From Epiperipatus broadwayi (Eukaryota > Animalia > Onychophora), in contig JAQFVV010000008.1 of assembly GCA_028023455.1 (NCBI GenBank), positions 4,960,001 to 5,024,000 of the forward strand: 64,000 bases of DNA, written 5' to 3'. Shown one piece after another: positions 1 to 12,461 of this stretch; positions within the stretch are counted from its first letter, which is position 1; each line of letters opens with the position of its first letter. The position numbers and the translations under genes were made by a program. The notes under the pieces are model-generated. The model had not been told where the DNA came from. It was given only the letters and a program-made list of their open reading frames with translations, and did not search any database.

Positions 1-2164
1 TCCAGATAGACATCAAGATAGTCTTTGGTTTCATGGCAATAAAAATGCTAATTAACATGTTGGAAACTATCACATTCTGTATGTGCTGACTAACTTGCTT
101 CTGAATTTGTGAAATCCATTTCACACCAGCAAAAATTCAATACCCTTGACTCCAACACTCAATCTGTTACAGTTCTCCTATAAATTCTGTACTATTCACT
201 TTCTATATCAACCCACTGTTAGTGAAGACCCAACAAACAATCACTAGCATCCACATACCAAACACATATCAGCCAATAACATGCATCACATATGAGTTGG
301 ACCTAACTGAGTTTCTCCCATTTAATAAACACTTGTCAGTCTTACAATGTAGAATATTACAAAAATTTGCAGCTACACCCCAAGACAATGTCAATCTAAA
401 TAAGACCATTGTTTGATTGCTTTATAATACCAAACCATAACTACACATATATGAGGGAAAGCTATCTGCTTTTCTGAGTTTTCCCTTTTACATGAGTGCA
501 AATGTGCAATGATGTATAAAATCCAGAAGCTCCTCAAAAAAAAAGAGTGTATCTTTATATATTCCATGTTCCAGCTATTTAACAAGGTTAATCATCATGA
601 AAATCACCTATAACTCTCCCATTATTATTTTTTCTAAAGTTTTACAAACAAAATCTCTCTGCAACAAGTTTTTGTGGCAAAGGAAGACAGTGTCTATATC
701 TGCAAAATAACTTAGCAGACCATCTACTCTCAATGGATTTGACCTTCATATCATTAATTTTTTTCATTTTCACAAGGTCACAGACCTAATAATAGCTACC
801 TCAAACACTTTCCAATACTACAATGCCTTCTTCAAATAAGATCAACAGATAGGCTACCTTCGACATATATATGACAAATTATCAACCATCATCAATTATA
901 TAAAAACCACATCCTCATAGATATCTATTCAAACTATGTACAAGTATATATTGGAAAATATATTCATTAAATTCATCCAAATCTACACCATGACCCCAAT
1001 CTGACAATGCTTGGAATCAACAATCAACATTTATTCTGTAAGTTCAAAAAATGGTTTCTAGAATCAAAGTATTCTGACTTTTAGTTAAGATTAATTCTCC
1101 ATATTCTGCCACTTCATAATTTCTGAGATACCAGTAGCTGTACACGAATGTTGATCCTTTTTGCTCTCTATGCCACAGAGCAGAGGAAACACATCAAATC
1201 TTTTATATCAATGTTTGTCACTGGAAAGAGTTTATTATAATATGACCAGAATCTATAGACAACCCAAAACCACCTGTCAGATTATCATTGACTCATTGAA
1301 GTGGCTCTGACTCATCAGCCTATGCAGCCACTTTTGTGATCTATGCATACTAGTGCATCATTGCACATTAACTTTAGGAAACAATGCAATGCACCATCCA
1401 TCAACATTTATCAAACTGGAAAAATTAGGAGCCAAGGATAACAAAACTATAAATCCTGATATTTTGCTGCAACACGATAACCTATAACAGCAATCAAACC
1501 TCTAACTGTCCACTATGTTCCTACCTATCTATGTTATCAACATTTTGCTAAAAAAAGATGTGTCATTAGTCAATAACTAATATATAAATAATTTTCCTCA
1601 GACCACATACTAAACATCTCAAGGAGTGCAACAACATACTAAAGACAAATACTAAAAAGCATATTAAAATCAGCAATACATCAAATATGTTGCTGATTGC
1701 CACCTAACAATGAGACACAGAGTATTTGCAATCTCATATTACACGAACTATATTTCACAATTATCTAACAAGTAAAATGAACAGTAATAATCACTAAAGA
1801 ATTGAAAAAAATATATAATGTATACATATGTATCTGCAGCCCCCCTCCCCAAAAAAAGTTAATCATAGATAATTGTATAAAATGTACTCAAGTGTAAATT
1901 AGCAAATAAATTTTGTAGCCTCCATTCCTGTCCCAACACATGTAATTCTGCAAAAATTCTATAAACAACCACAACACGGGTCAACTACTGCCACACTTTC
2001 TCCTTTTACTCTTCAGATATTAATAAAATTACATTTTGAAATGTAGTAGTAGCAGTAATAGTAGTAATAGTAATAGTAGTAGTAGTGGTGATAATAATAG
2101 TGGTAGTGATAGTCTAAATGGAAGTGGTAGTGGTCATAGTTGTAGTAGTAACAGCAGTAGCAAT
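1..2164 (+). mobile_element. L1/Tx1-group LINE copy A, 3' part (degraded RT, C-terminal zinc finger, 3' UTR, AGT/AAT tail); runs off the window start
   Basis: Fragmented translation parallels ORF2 of the copy at 46061-47806 (QxDI at 2-19, FYINPL at ~199-216, FCSLCHRAEETH at ~1160-1195); ends AATAAA..TTGAAA at 2036-2041 followed by an (AGT/AAT)n tail 2042-2164. Confidence 0.8.
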
Positions 2165-5100
2165 AGGTCTGCAGAAAATCTTAGTTTTGGTTGCATAACA
2201 GTTTCAAATAATATCAAATCCTAATAAATTCTACAGTAATATATTTCTTCAAAGGTAATTTTAATTTTTTTTCAAAGATAACTGGCATAATTATGTAAAT
2301 AGTGTTTATACAAAAAAATTTGTGTATGCAATAGATGAACAACAAAAAGTGGCTTTCTGATTACTAACAAACATACAATAGAGATAGTGACCATCCAACT
2401 ATATTTGCAAGGGGTTGGAATCAGAAATAATACATCAGTAAATCTTATTATAAATTTAAAGAATACATATGCAAAAATAGAAAACAGCTTTTCATTTCAA
2501 ACAAAAAATTCCCACTTTCAAAAAAAACCATAATAAGTGTTATTAAAAGTCTTCACTTACAAAGCCAAGATAATGAACACTCCCCCTCCACAATAATGAC
2601 AGCAGATATGCTGGAATATGTTGGCAACAGGTTCAACAATACCATTCCAATAGGATTTTTTGCTTCATTCCACTGCTTTTTCTTTCAAAGATTATATAGT
2701 TCTAACAGACTCAGACAATCACTGTTCATTATATAGATTTCCTAGGGCACTACTATATGAGGCTCTCAGCTTATATGAACTATGGGATACTGTTTTCCAT
2801 ATTGCTACCCATCCCAACCCTAGATATCTTGTCATTGAGTTCCACAGTGAGAACCAAAAAGACTTTTTCAGAACTAATATCAAAACCCTAGACAACTTTG
2901 TACTTGTTGCTGTAAATGAAAACTGCCAGAATTTCACCACTGTTGCCCTAATATAATACCTTGATTATACTATAGAATATTTTCAGAGATGGTGGAGTCA
3001 TTTGGAAGAGTAATCACACTGCAATCTATATACCTGAAACATACCACTATCCCAGTTTACAGCAACAACTATGAGTTTATGGTCAAACTCAACAAAGGTA
3101 TAGAGCCAGCCACCATTCTTACTGAAATTACTGACTAAGAGGCTATTCTCTGATTCTACATAAGAGGTCTAAAACCGCAATATTTTTATGTAGCCAGTGT
3201 GGTAACCTAGATACACCATGTGCAACCATACTACTGAAATTAACACATGCACTTCTAACCTGCAAATAGACAGTTGTCTTCATCCAATTAACATCACTTC
3301 AGTAATGTCCATAAGTGTAGATATCTGCCCAATAGATCTATATATAGATTAACTGATCATGCCCTAATCACATATGCAAGCACTAGTTATCCTACCACAG
3401 ACAACAATGACAACCCAACATGTATACAAATTAACAATTTACTGAGATAGAACTAGTTGAAGATATCAGAATACCACAGTCAGCTGTTGTAATGATTAAA
3501 ATTTTATGCAGTTCTTCAGATACTCCAAAATAATAAAGAAGAATACCACTTATATTATTGGATGGTCTGACACCATACATTCCACCTATTGAATCCCCCC
3601 TCTTAGATGGCAAAAGAGAATTTGTACAGCCATGCAAAAACCTGGAGTCAAAAAAAACTGATGATACAGAGTTCAATCAATTGTCATTTTGACTTGTTCA
3701 ATGATTTAATGTTCATGCCTCCCACAACGCAGTCACATGGATTCATTTCTCTACAGTCTGAATAATGATCAAAAGCAAATAATGAAATTACACCTAAATT
3801 CAATATTCATGCATGTCAATACTCAAAATGGTTTACATCAAAAAATAAATACTGCAAAAGTTTATCCTAGTCAACCATAGACAACAGTTAAGATACTTAA
3901 GATGAACCCTTCCTAGTGCCTGATTTCTAAAAGTCAATAGTTTGTAATTAATGAGATCAATGTAATACTATATCCACTTACATAACCACTATATCCTGCT
4001 TTGCAATTAATATAAAGCTAAAAATAGCAGCATTCAAGCTACAAAAAATTACCAGTTCAACAAATGGATACAGATTATGCATCTGCATGTTATTGGTCTC
4101 CTTGAAACAAAAATATACAGTGGATATCAAATTGTTCCTTTATCTCATCTCAGTAGACAAGGATTCTGTGTCTGCTACATAGACACATCATCACTATCAA
4201 GTGGTAATGACTTGTTTATAACCACAGCCTGCCCTTTTACATCATTTAAGATAATTTATATTGATGTATTGATTATAAACTCTTAATAGTCACATTTCAA
4301 CATCATAATATATGTTTACATTCCACCTGGTCCATTTTTAAACATCATAATAATACTAAGTATCAATTCTCTACATTTATTATCACCATACTCAGTCATT
4401 TTATAGGTGATTTTAATATGAACTATAGTTCCTTTATCTATAAATAGCTACATGAAATCACAAGGCCATTCAAGAGTACTGAGTGGTGTACTCAATTTCA
4501 TTCTATAACCACTATCATGCCTCTCTCATGGTGATATGCTTCTACTTCCTCATGCTCCATCATCAAATAAACCTTACACTCCATCCAGTTCCTTTCTCAT
4601 ATTACTCTGCACAAATTATTTCACTTGATTTAGCTACTGTGCAGAAAGCTTCACTTATCCTTTATAGAACTATAAGAAAACCTCCAGCAACACCAACTCA
4701 GAGGCATGTCACTTGATCCTGTCCAAAAATATTCTGCTTTGATCAATATATTATCTTTCAATATTAACCATACTATTTGAAATTCCCCTTACCCTCCAGA
4801 CTGTTAGCCTAGGCAAATGAGCTATACAAAATAATTACAATGTGCAGACCTGCTTTTGACAACCACACATACTTTACAAAACTCAATGAGGCATATTAAA
4901 TGCATGAAACAACCTTAAGAATTACATAGTTTCAAAGAAAAACAAAATTTGCCTCATGCAATAGCACACATGTGCACAAGACAAATGCAATGGACTCAGC
5001 TATTCTTCTACTGTTAGTTGTCCCCATGAATATTGACACTGGAGGAAAAATTAAGTGCTGGACATAACATAATACAGCCTATATACCTACATTTTAAGCA

Positions 5101-5859
5101 ATAGCTGCAAACCCATGGTGCTTTCAAACTATCTTTTGATTTCTTTGGCAAACATATACCCCATTCTCTACTATTGGGTTGGCAATCAAACTTGTTACAA
5201 TTGCAAATACATGTCACCCAGGTCCTCATGATATACCTAAATTTGTTTTTTCACATTTTATCTGCTTTACAGTTACATACTTATGTAAACATGCAAACTA
5301 TATATCACAAAAGGTCTACATTATACAAGACCTATGTCCAATTGCATTAGTATCATTCAACAAAAAACCAGCACCAGTGTTTACTATATCCTATCTGTGG
5401 CCCATCTCCATGGCTCCTTTAGGTATAAAAATCCTCAAAAAAGTTTTGGAAAAAGACAAAATAGAAAATCTACTCCCTATATTTTCATCCATGCATTATG
5501 CAAAGAAAAAATCATCTACAACACAAGAAAATCTTATAACATGACAATCATATACTTAGTTTGAAAACAATAAAAATATACACCTGTGTCTATCTAGATA
5601 GACATTGAATCTGCCTTTGATTCAGTCCCTGTTAACATATTAATTCATTAAGTCAAATTTAAAGACAAATCAATACTTTGCACTCTGTTATATGCAATAG
5701 CTAACTTAGTGCTCAGCCCTGAAATAGAATTTTTATTGGTAGATTCTCACCATCATTAGTTCCAAGTCAACCCATTCCACAAGAATCTATTATCTACAAT
5801 ATACATCAATGCTCTTTAATGATTTATCTATTTTTATGGAAACCCAGCAAAATTTCTAA

Positions 5860-6132
5860 GCTTTCAAATACCATATATTGTTTTATACATGCCATGGATA
5901 GCATACATGGATGACATCACTGTTTTTCTCACCTCAAAAAAGCAGTTTCCAATCCTGCAAGAAATTCTATACTGTGACTTTCAATCCCAGGCTTTCAAAT
6001 ACCATATATTGGTTTATAAATGCCATGGATAACATACATGGATGACATCACTGTGGATGACATCACTGTTTTTCTCACCTCAAAAAAGCAGTTGCCAATC
6101 CTGCAAGAAATTCTATACTGTGACTTTCAATC
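5860..6132. repeat. 131-bp tandem duplication spanning the RT YMDD motif of LINE copy B
   Basis: GCTTTCAAATACCATATATTG recurs at 5860 and 5991; the second unit has an extra internal 15-bp duplication. Confidence 0.85.
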
Positions 6133-6604
6133 TCAACATAAACAAAATAGCTGTTTGTTTCTTTATATAGGTAAACCATATATATAAACTTAACATCGTA
6201 AGCCAACTGCTTTCTTTGGTTTCCCTTTCCACATGGAATCTATAAAATGAGACACAAGATCCAGAATAAATTTAAAAGAAATTGCTGAATGAATTGATAT
6301 CTCTCTCTCCAAATCTTATCTACCAATATAATCAAAGGTTTCATTCTATAACCAGCTTGTCATCACAAAGATAGTCTATTGTCTACCCATTATAAAATTT
6401 GAAAAATCTTTCACTTCTTCCAATTTCATCAAAGTTACTATGGTGAAAAAAGATGGTTTCTATCTTCACAAAACATCTAGGCAGGCTGGATAACCAAGTA
6501 GAATAAATCCATTCTGTTTATGTTTTTCACCTTCAGAAAATCATAAACCTTCTAATAGTCATCATAGAATTGTTTTCAACACTGTAATGCATATTGAGTG
6601 TAAT

Positions 6605-7055
6605 GCCTACTGATAGACCTCCATCCTCATATGGATACATATCAATACTCATGAACAAATTTAAAAACATTTATAACTAGATATCCCTTTGAAGTTCAAG
6701 TAAATATACATATTGGAGCGTATACAACCTATTGCTCCCAAATCAGTTGGTTGAGTCCATACCACTAATATTGGAAATAAATAATGTCCAATTGCTGCAT
6801 TGATACAAAAATGGTTTTTAGAATCTAAGTTGCCTACTGATAGATCTCCATCCTCATATGGATACATATCAATGCTCATGAATCAATTCAAAAGCATCTA
6901 TAACTAGATATCCCTTTGAAGTTCAAGTAAATATACATATTGGAACATATACAACCTATTGTCCACAAATCAGTTGGTTGAGTCCACACCCCTAATCTTA
7001 GAAATAAACAATGTCCAATTGCTGCATTGATACAAAAATGGTTTTTAGAATCTAA
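6605..7055. repeat. 227-bp tandem duplication inside LINE copy B
   Basis: GCCTACTGATAGA..CCATCCTCATATGG recurs at 6605 and 6832; the units are similar but not identical. Confidence 0.9.
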
Positions 7056-8130
7056 TTTTTTTGACTTTTGTTAAAAGTTAACTTCCATGCCCTACCCATA
7101 TCTTATTTCCTTATGTACTGTAGATCATATATCATCATTAATCCACTCTGCAGCCTGTCCCATAGGGAGAATGAAACATAATAGCATTTTCTATACACTT
7201 GTCCAGATCAACAAAGCAACATTTCCCTAAATAAAATTATAAGCACATATAGCTGAGATGTAATAGTAGCTGTCTGTGCAGCTATCTTCAATTCATATGC
7301 AATCTGGTGCACTTTCTGTACTTTTTTGTTGGTAACAACACCAGACATAAACTTAAACCATTGAAGACTAGGGATGGTAGAAACACCTACTCTGATATTT
7401 TGCTGACATATGGTCATACCTCCTAGTACATCAAGCAAACATTTCCCCAGAAATACTAGCTTCTGCTGAAACAAAAATCTGTTTTATGCCTATAATCCAT
7501 ACACACAATAGAATTATCCAATCCCAACTGATAAAACTTTTATGGACATTTAATAAAAATCTTTGGCAATGCCAAAATATAAGTGGCATAGCTCACTTTT
7601 TATTGACTTTCTTACAAAAGGATTTGTAACTCCTAATTTTATGTGCCTGATCAAAAGTATTTCAACATTGAAGAACATTTGATTGCATGTGAAACTAATA
7701 ACCATGTAATATATGTAGATATACTCTGTATGACTCTTTAAGTACTCAAAAATATGTAATCATACCAACAATGTGAAAATATTTTTCTATGATAAACTAT
7801 ATATAATCATTGGCATAATTTATATCTGAGAATAGACTATATATATATTATAAAATTGTATGTATATACATGTAATTAATTATTTATATAATATATATAT
7901 ATATATATATATTGTATATATATATATATATATTATAAAATTTTATGTATATACATGTAATTAATTATTTATATAATCTGTATATATCACTGTGAATCCT
8001 ATGAAACCATAGAGCACTGAATAAAGTTCATCTTTGAAACATAATAATAATAACAACAACAACAATAATAACAATTATAATAATAATAAGTAACAGTAGT
8101 AGTAGTAGTAATAGTAGTAATAGTAGTCAT

Positions 8131-10288
8131 AGTTCTGCAGTGGACTCTTAAATGGTAAGACTAGAGCAACCATCTCCACTCTCAAACTCCCAAAAGAGTT
8201 TTAAAAAATAATAAAAGTATAATATATACCACTATAGAATATTAATCAAGAGTAACTAGTGCATATACTTAAGTAATCTTTTAATTCACAATTTTATTGG
8301 TTAATTATTTTAATCAACTTAAATCCTCAGTAAAATTGCTACTGAACAATTTCATGATCTAAGATCTAGAATAATTGCAAAATTCAAAGTCCAACAAAAC
8401 TTTTAAAAAAAATATTGAGTCAGCAGCAGAATGCTAATCATAAAACTAATGATTTTTAAGTGCTTTCAAAGTAGGAACAGGTAGCAACAGAAGACAAAAA
8501 TTAATAATAATAATTTTTCAACTCCCGCCAAAGTCAAAACCTGTGCAGAAATTATAACCAAACAGCAGAAATGATAAAACACTGATTTTTAACTGATTCC
8601 AAACTTGCTATTAATCAACAGCAAAATACAAAATAACAATGATTTTTCAGTTCTTTCTAAAGTTGACCACTGGTTTAGAAAAACAAATGCAAGTGACATG
8701 AAAAACCTGAATCTCTGCAGAATTCAAGAAGACCAACATTAATCCATATCACTTGGACATCAAAAATGCTTGATATAATTAGTGGGAGATTTAACAACAC
8801 TACTCCTAAAGGCATATTTTTATTATTTAGATTTTTCTTTTCTCAGATCATTATCATATCAGCCACATTTATAAACATATTATTGTACCATTTCTTATGT
8901 CAGCTTTTATATAATGTGATCAGCCAGCACAGGCTGTGAGATTCCATAAAAAAAATCACTGAGCACCTAAATTTCAGATATCTGACAATCCAATTCTTCA
9001 AAGATATACAGAGGCAGCAGTTTCAAACCCAGGTTAAAACCATGGATAATTTTTCTATCACAGTTGTTTTGAAAATTGGGATAGATGCATTACAGGAGTG
9101 CATAAAAGCTCTTACTTCAGGTACTCCTGCAATCACTTTCAAAAATGATGCCACAGTTTGGCAAGATCGCCATGCTTAAAACAATCTATTTTTGCTCCAA
9201 ATCAACCTGCATACATTGCCTACCTCTTTTTTAACAATACTACTGGCTCTAAAAAAAACCAGAAATATAGGTCTTTATGTAGCCTATGTGATTCTGCAAA
9301 GAAGACACAGTAGCACACCTTCTGTTTCTGAAAGCTTTAAATAGAACCTTGGACATTATTCTCAACACATACAGACAGCCAAACATCTTCTTGCAGTACT
9401 TGATATACTTCTACCAAAAGCCTGATACCTCTACCTTGTATATATTCTGGTTTACTCAGTGCATACTTGCTCTGGTGTACAATATCAGACAGCATTCATG
9501 CACATTTATCAACAAACTAAAACAACTGATGGATCAGGATGCTAAAATTTTCTATCCAGATATCTATACCTCAACCTATCCTTCCTCAAATAATTTGCCA
9601 ACCTTTTATTTCAATTATATTTCAGTATATCCTGGATGATCCAGACAGGTTATAATTCAGCCACAAATGGACTTCTCCTCAAGCATTTATTTAAACATAC
9701 AATCAGAAGTCAACACACATAGTACAAATTGACAAACTATCTCAAAGTCATCTGCAGAAATGATTAAAGCACTCTAATCATAAACTGCGACATCAAGAAA
9801 ACCTCTCAGCAGGCAATTTTGCCATCTCAATGACCAGTTTAATGCAGAAGTTAATGTTCCCAAGTGGACCAGCCCACTCAATACAAATAACAACATAATA
9901 TCAGATTGGTTCCCCACCAGCTATATACCCACTTCTTATAAAAACAAATTCGATTCTTATGTTTTAATTATTTGGATTAACATGTATATTAATTTTGTGT
10001 AATGAAGTTATATCATACTTACTAACTTTATGAATCCATTATACTGTAATTGTTGTATAATACAATAGCCATGCATGTAAAAATGAAATATGCTCAAAAA
10101 TTATCACATGTAACAATCACCCCAATCAGACTATTAATTTAAATTACTGTAAATTTATGTGCCCATGTAACCGTGTAAACATGTTTATGTAAATCATGTA
10201 ACCTTTATTAGTCAATGAATATTATTGTTGAAACAATAATAATAACAACAATAATAATAATCATCCTCATCATCATAATAATAATATA
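8131..10288 (+). mobile_element. L1/Tx1-group LINE copy C, internally deleted (5' half of ORF1 joined to the ORF2 C-terminus)
   Basis: ~8753-9000 translates WTSKMLDIISGRFNNTTPKGIF..FFFSQIIIISAT, homologous to copy D YTQEMLNKISENFNNTIPRNLF..FFFSQRSIIIAAT; MMPQFGKI at ~9146 matches MMQPFGKV; at ~9200 it jumps to INLHTLPTSF and CSLCDSAKKTQ (ORF2 zinc finger); TTGAAAC 10228-10234 then AAT/AAC/CAT tail. Confidence 0.8.
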
Positions 10289-12117
10289 ATGAGAAGATAT
10301 TAGGAGCTGTTACGTTCTCTTCTGGAAGTCAAAATTTGATGCTGAATCAATACAATTCTGTAACGAAATATTAACTTTTGATAAGCTTTAATTAACTTTA
10401 AGATGTAATTCTAGAGTGCTAAAATAAATTGTATTAATTAAAAAAGATGACAAGCTATGATAAATTATAAATGATGGGTTGTTTATTTTTTCCTACTTGC
10501 TTTCAAGCATAGAACAGGATATATATATATATAGTAATTGATTCAAATGTCATAAACAAGCATATTATTTTATGTCGCATCACCTTAATGAGTATTTTAA
10601 TGATACTGTTTTCTTAGTAATCAAGTAAATTAATTGTTTTATAATTTATTATCTCAGCAGTTCAATTTTTAACTATTTAAAGAACTATTAAAATATTTTG
10701 AATACGCTCAAGATCAATTAAGATTTGAAAATAATATGAAATCCGTTTTACCAGCTTGAAACTTAGATAATTATTTTTGATATTTAATACTTTTTTTTTA
10801 TCAGTTAGCAATTTTTTTCTCTAAAAATATAGATATAATTTGCATTAGTTTTATGATTAATTTTGTTTTTACACAAAATGTTATATGGAAAATAATTTGA
10901 TTTAAATATCTGTCTGTTTATTTTAGTTTCTTTCATTTTCAGAATTATAAGTTACTAAAGGCACTGAAGTTAATTTGTTCAGTTCTCATTTCTTTTCACG
11001 TGGTGTTGAACTAGGGTGAGGTAAATTAAATAAAACTATATTAAATGTTGTCTAAAGCAAGTTTAGCTTTATTGAATTTGTTTAAAGATTCATATTAATT
11101 GTATCACTACTGAAGTGTTCAAACAAACAGATGTTTTATTAAAGTATGCTCTGTATATGATTGATTCTTTCTTGCAATATGAGAGCTCATATTGCTTTCC
11201 AAATCAAACGAGAAATAGAGTGAAAATTAAGGGATTTTATAAAATGTATTTTCTTTTTCTTTAAACACATTTATTAAAAAAAAATGATATAAATTTATAA
11301 TGAGATTCTGTATTAATAATTTCATCTACAAGATAATAGCAATACAGGTTATTATAAATAATATATTAATTTTATATACAATAGTGTTGCATTGCCTTTT
11401 GCATGATTATATTTCTAGATATGCATATTATTAATCAATCATATGTAATAAATGAAAAATAACACATATATAGATCTTGCTAATAGCTTAACTGAAATAT
11501 TCTTTGAATATATATATATATACTTACTCCGATCTTTAAATAAAAGTAAAAAAAACAATGAATACAAGATTGCTCACTAAACTTCCCAATTTCTGAATTA
11601 TCGTATTTTAGTAGTTTGTTGTATCCTTTAGCATGATAATGGATAGATACCCATTTACCAACCAATAAATAAATAAGTTAATTATAAGTTAACTAACTAG
11701 TAGAAAAAGTATAATCTTATTTGAAACAAAAATTACCAAAATTTATTTAAGCCTAGGTTCAAACTCCACCTCATGATCCTGGCAGACAGATCTGCTAATT
11801 GTGATACTTTGTACAATAGTTATTTTAACATTGAAAATATATCCATTTTTTTAATGATTGTGCGTGTCTCGATTAATTAAAAAAATAATAAATTAATATA
11901 TCTCTGATATAAATGTTTTATATTTCATATTCAACAATAGCATGTGAATAAAGGTAGCAAGCCAAAATATTAAAATTATCTTTAATATATAATAGTTAAA
12001 AATAAAAGTGGATTCATTTTTTATCTGCACTGCTCATTATTTATTACTAGACTGCATTGCATTAATGTAGCTAGCACTGAATGGGAAGTTTATTATTCCT
12101 AATGTTAAATTATATAT

Positions 12118-12461
12118 ATATAAAAACAAAACAAGACTTATAAATCCAATAAATAATATAATATTTCAACCAGAGGACTGGTTTTCATCAGAAAATAAAA
12201 AAAAATACACAGTAAAATGGCGATAATCAAAAATTACAGATTTGGTAAAAGATTAAAAATTTTAACAAAACCCCCCTGATTGGTCACAAAATCTAACACA
12301 GAATATCTACCCAATCAATGACAAAATTTAAACAAAAAAAAACTACATTCCCTCCTAATCAAGCTTAAATTCTATTTAAATTAAAATAAATATAAAAATA
12401 AAAAATCCAAAATTAAAAATTAAAATATACATATGTGCATACATAGAAAAAATAGACTATG
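12118..12461 (-). repeat. Inverted 5' pseudo-LTR of the Neptune-type PLE
   Basis: Near-identical reverse complement of 15242-15584. Confidence 0.95.

Larger units (their letters stand above)
2165..8130 (+). mobile_element. L1/Tx1-group LINE copy B, full-length but heavily degraded
   Basis: ORF1 remnant 2660-2956 (CSLYRFPRALLYEAL..LWDTV..NPRYLVIEF) aligns with ORF1 of copy D (CSFYRFPRQALYDAI..LWETI..NPRYIAIEF); endonuclease remnant GLLETKIYSG at ~4095; pre-RT segment TCHPGPHDIPKFVF..MAPLGIKILKKVL (5179-5544); RT YMDDI at ~5905; TTGAAAC 8034-8040 then AAT/AAC/AGT tail 8041-8130. Confidence 0.85.

Noticed and set aside
10942-11020. Putative host exon with strong splice sites
   Set aside because: All three frames contain stops and no homology is recognisable
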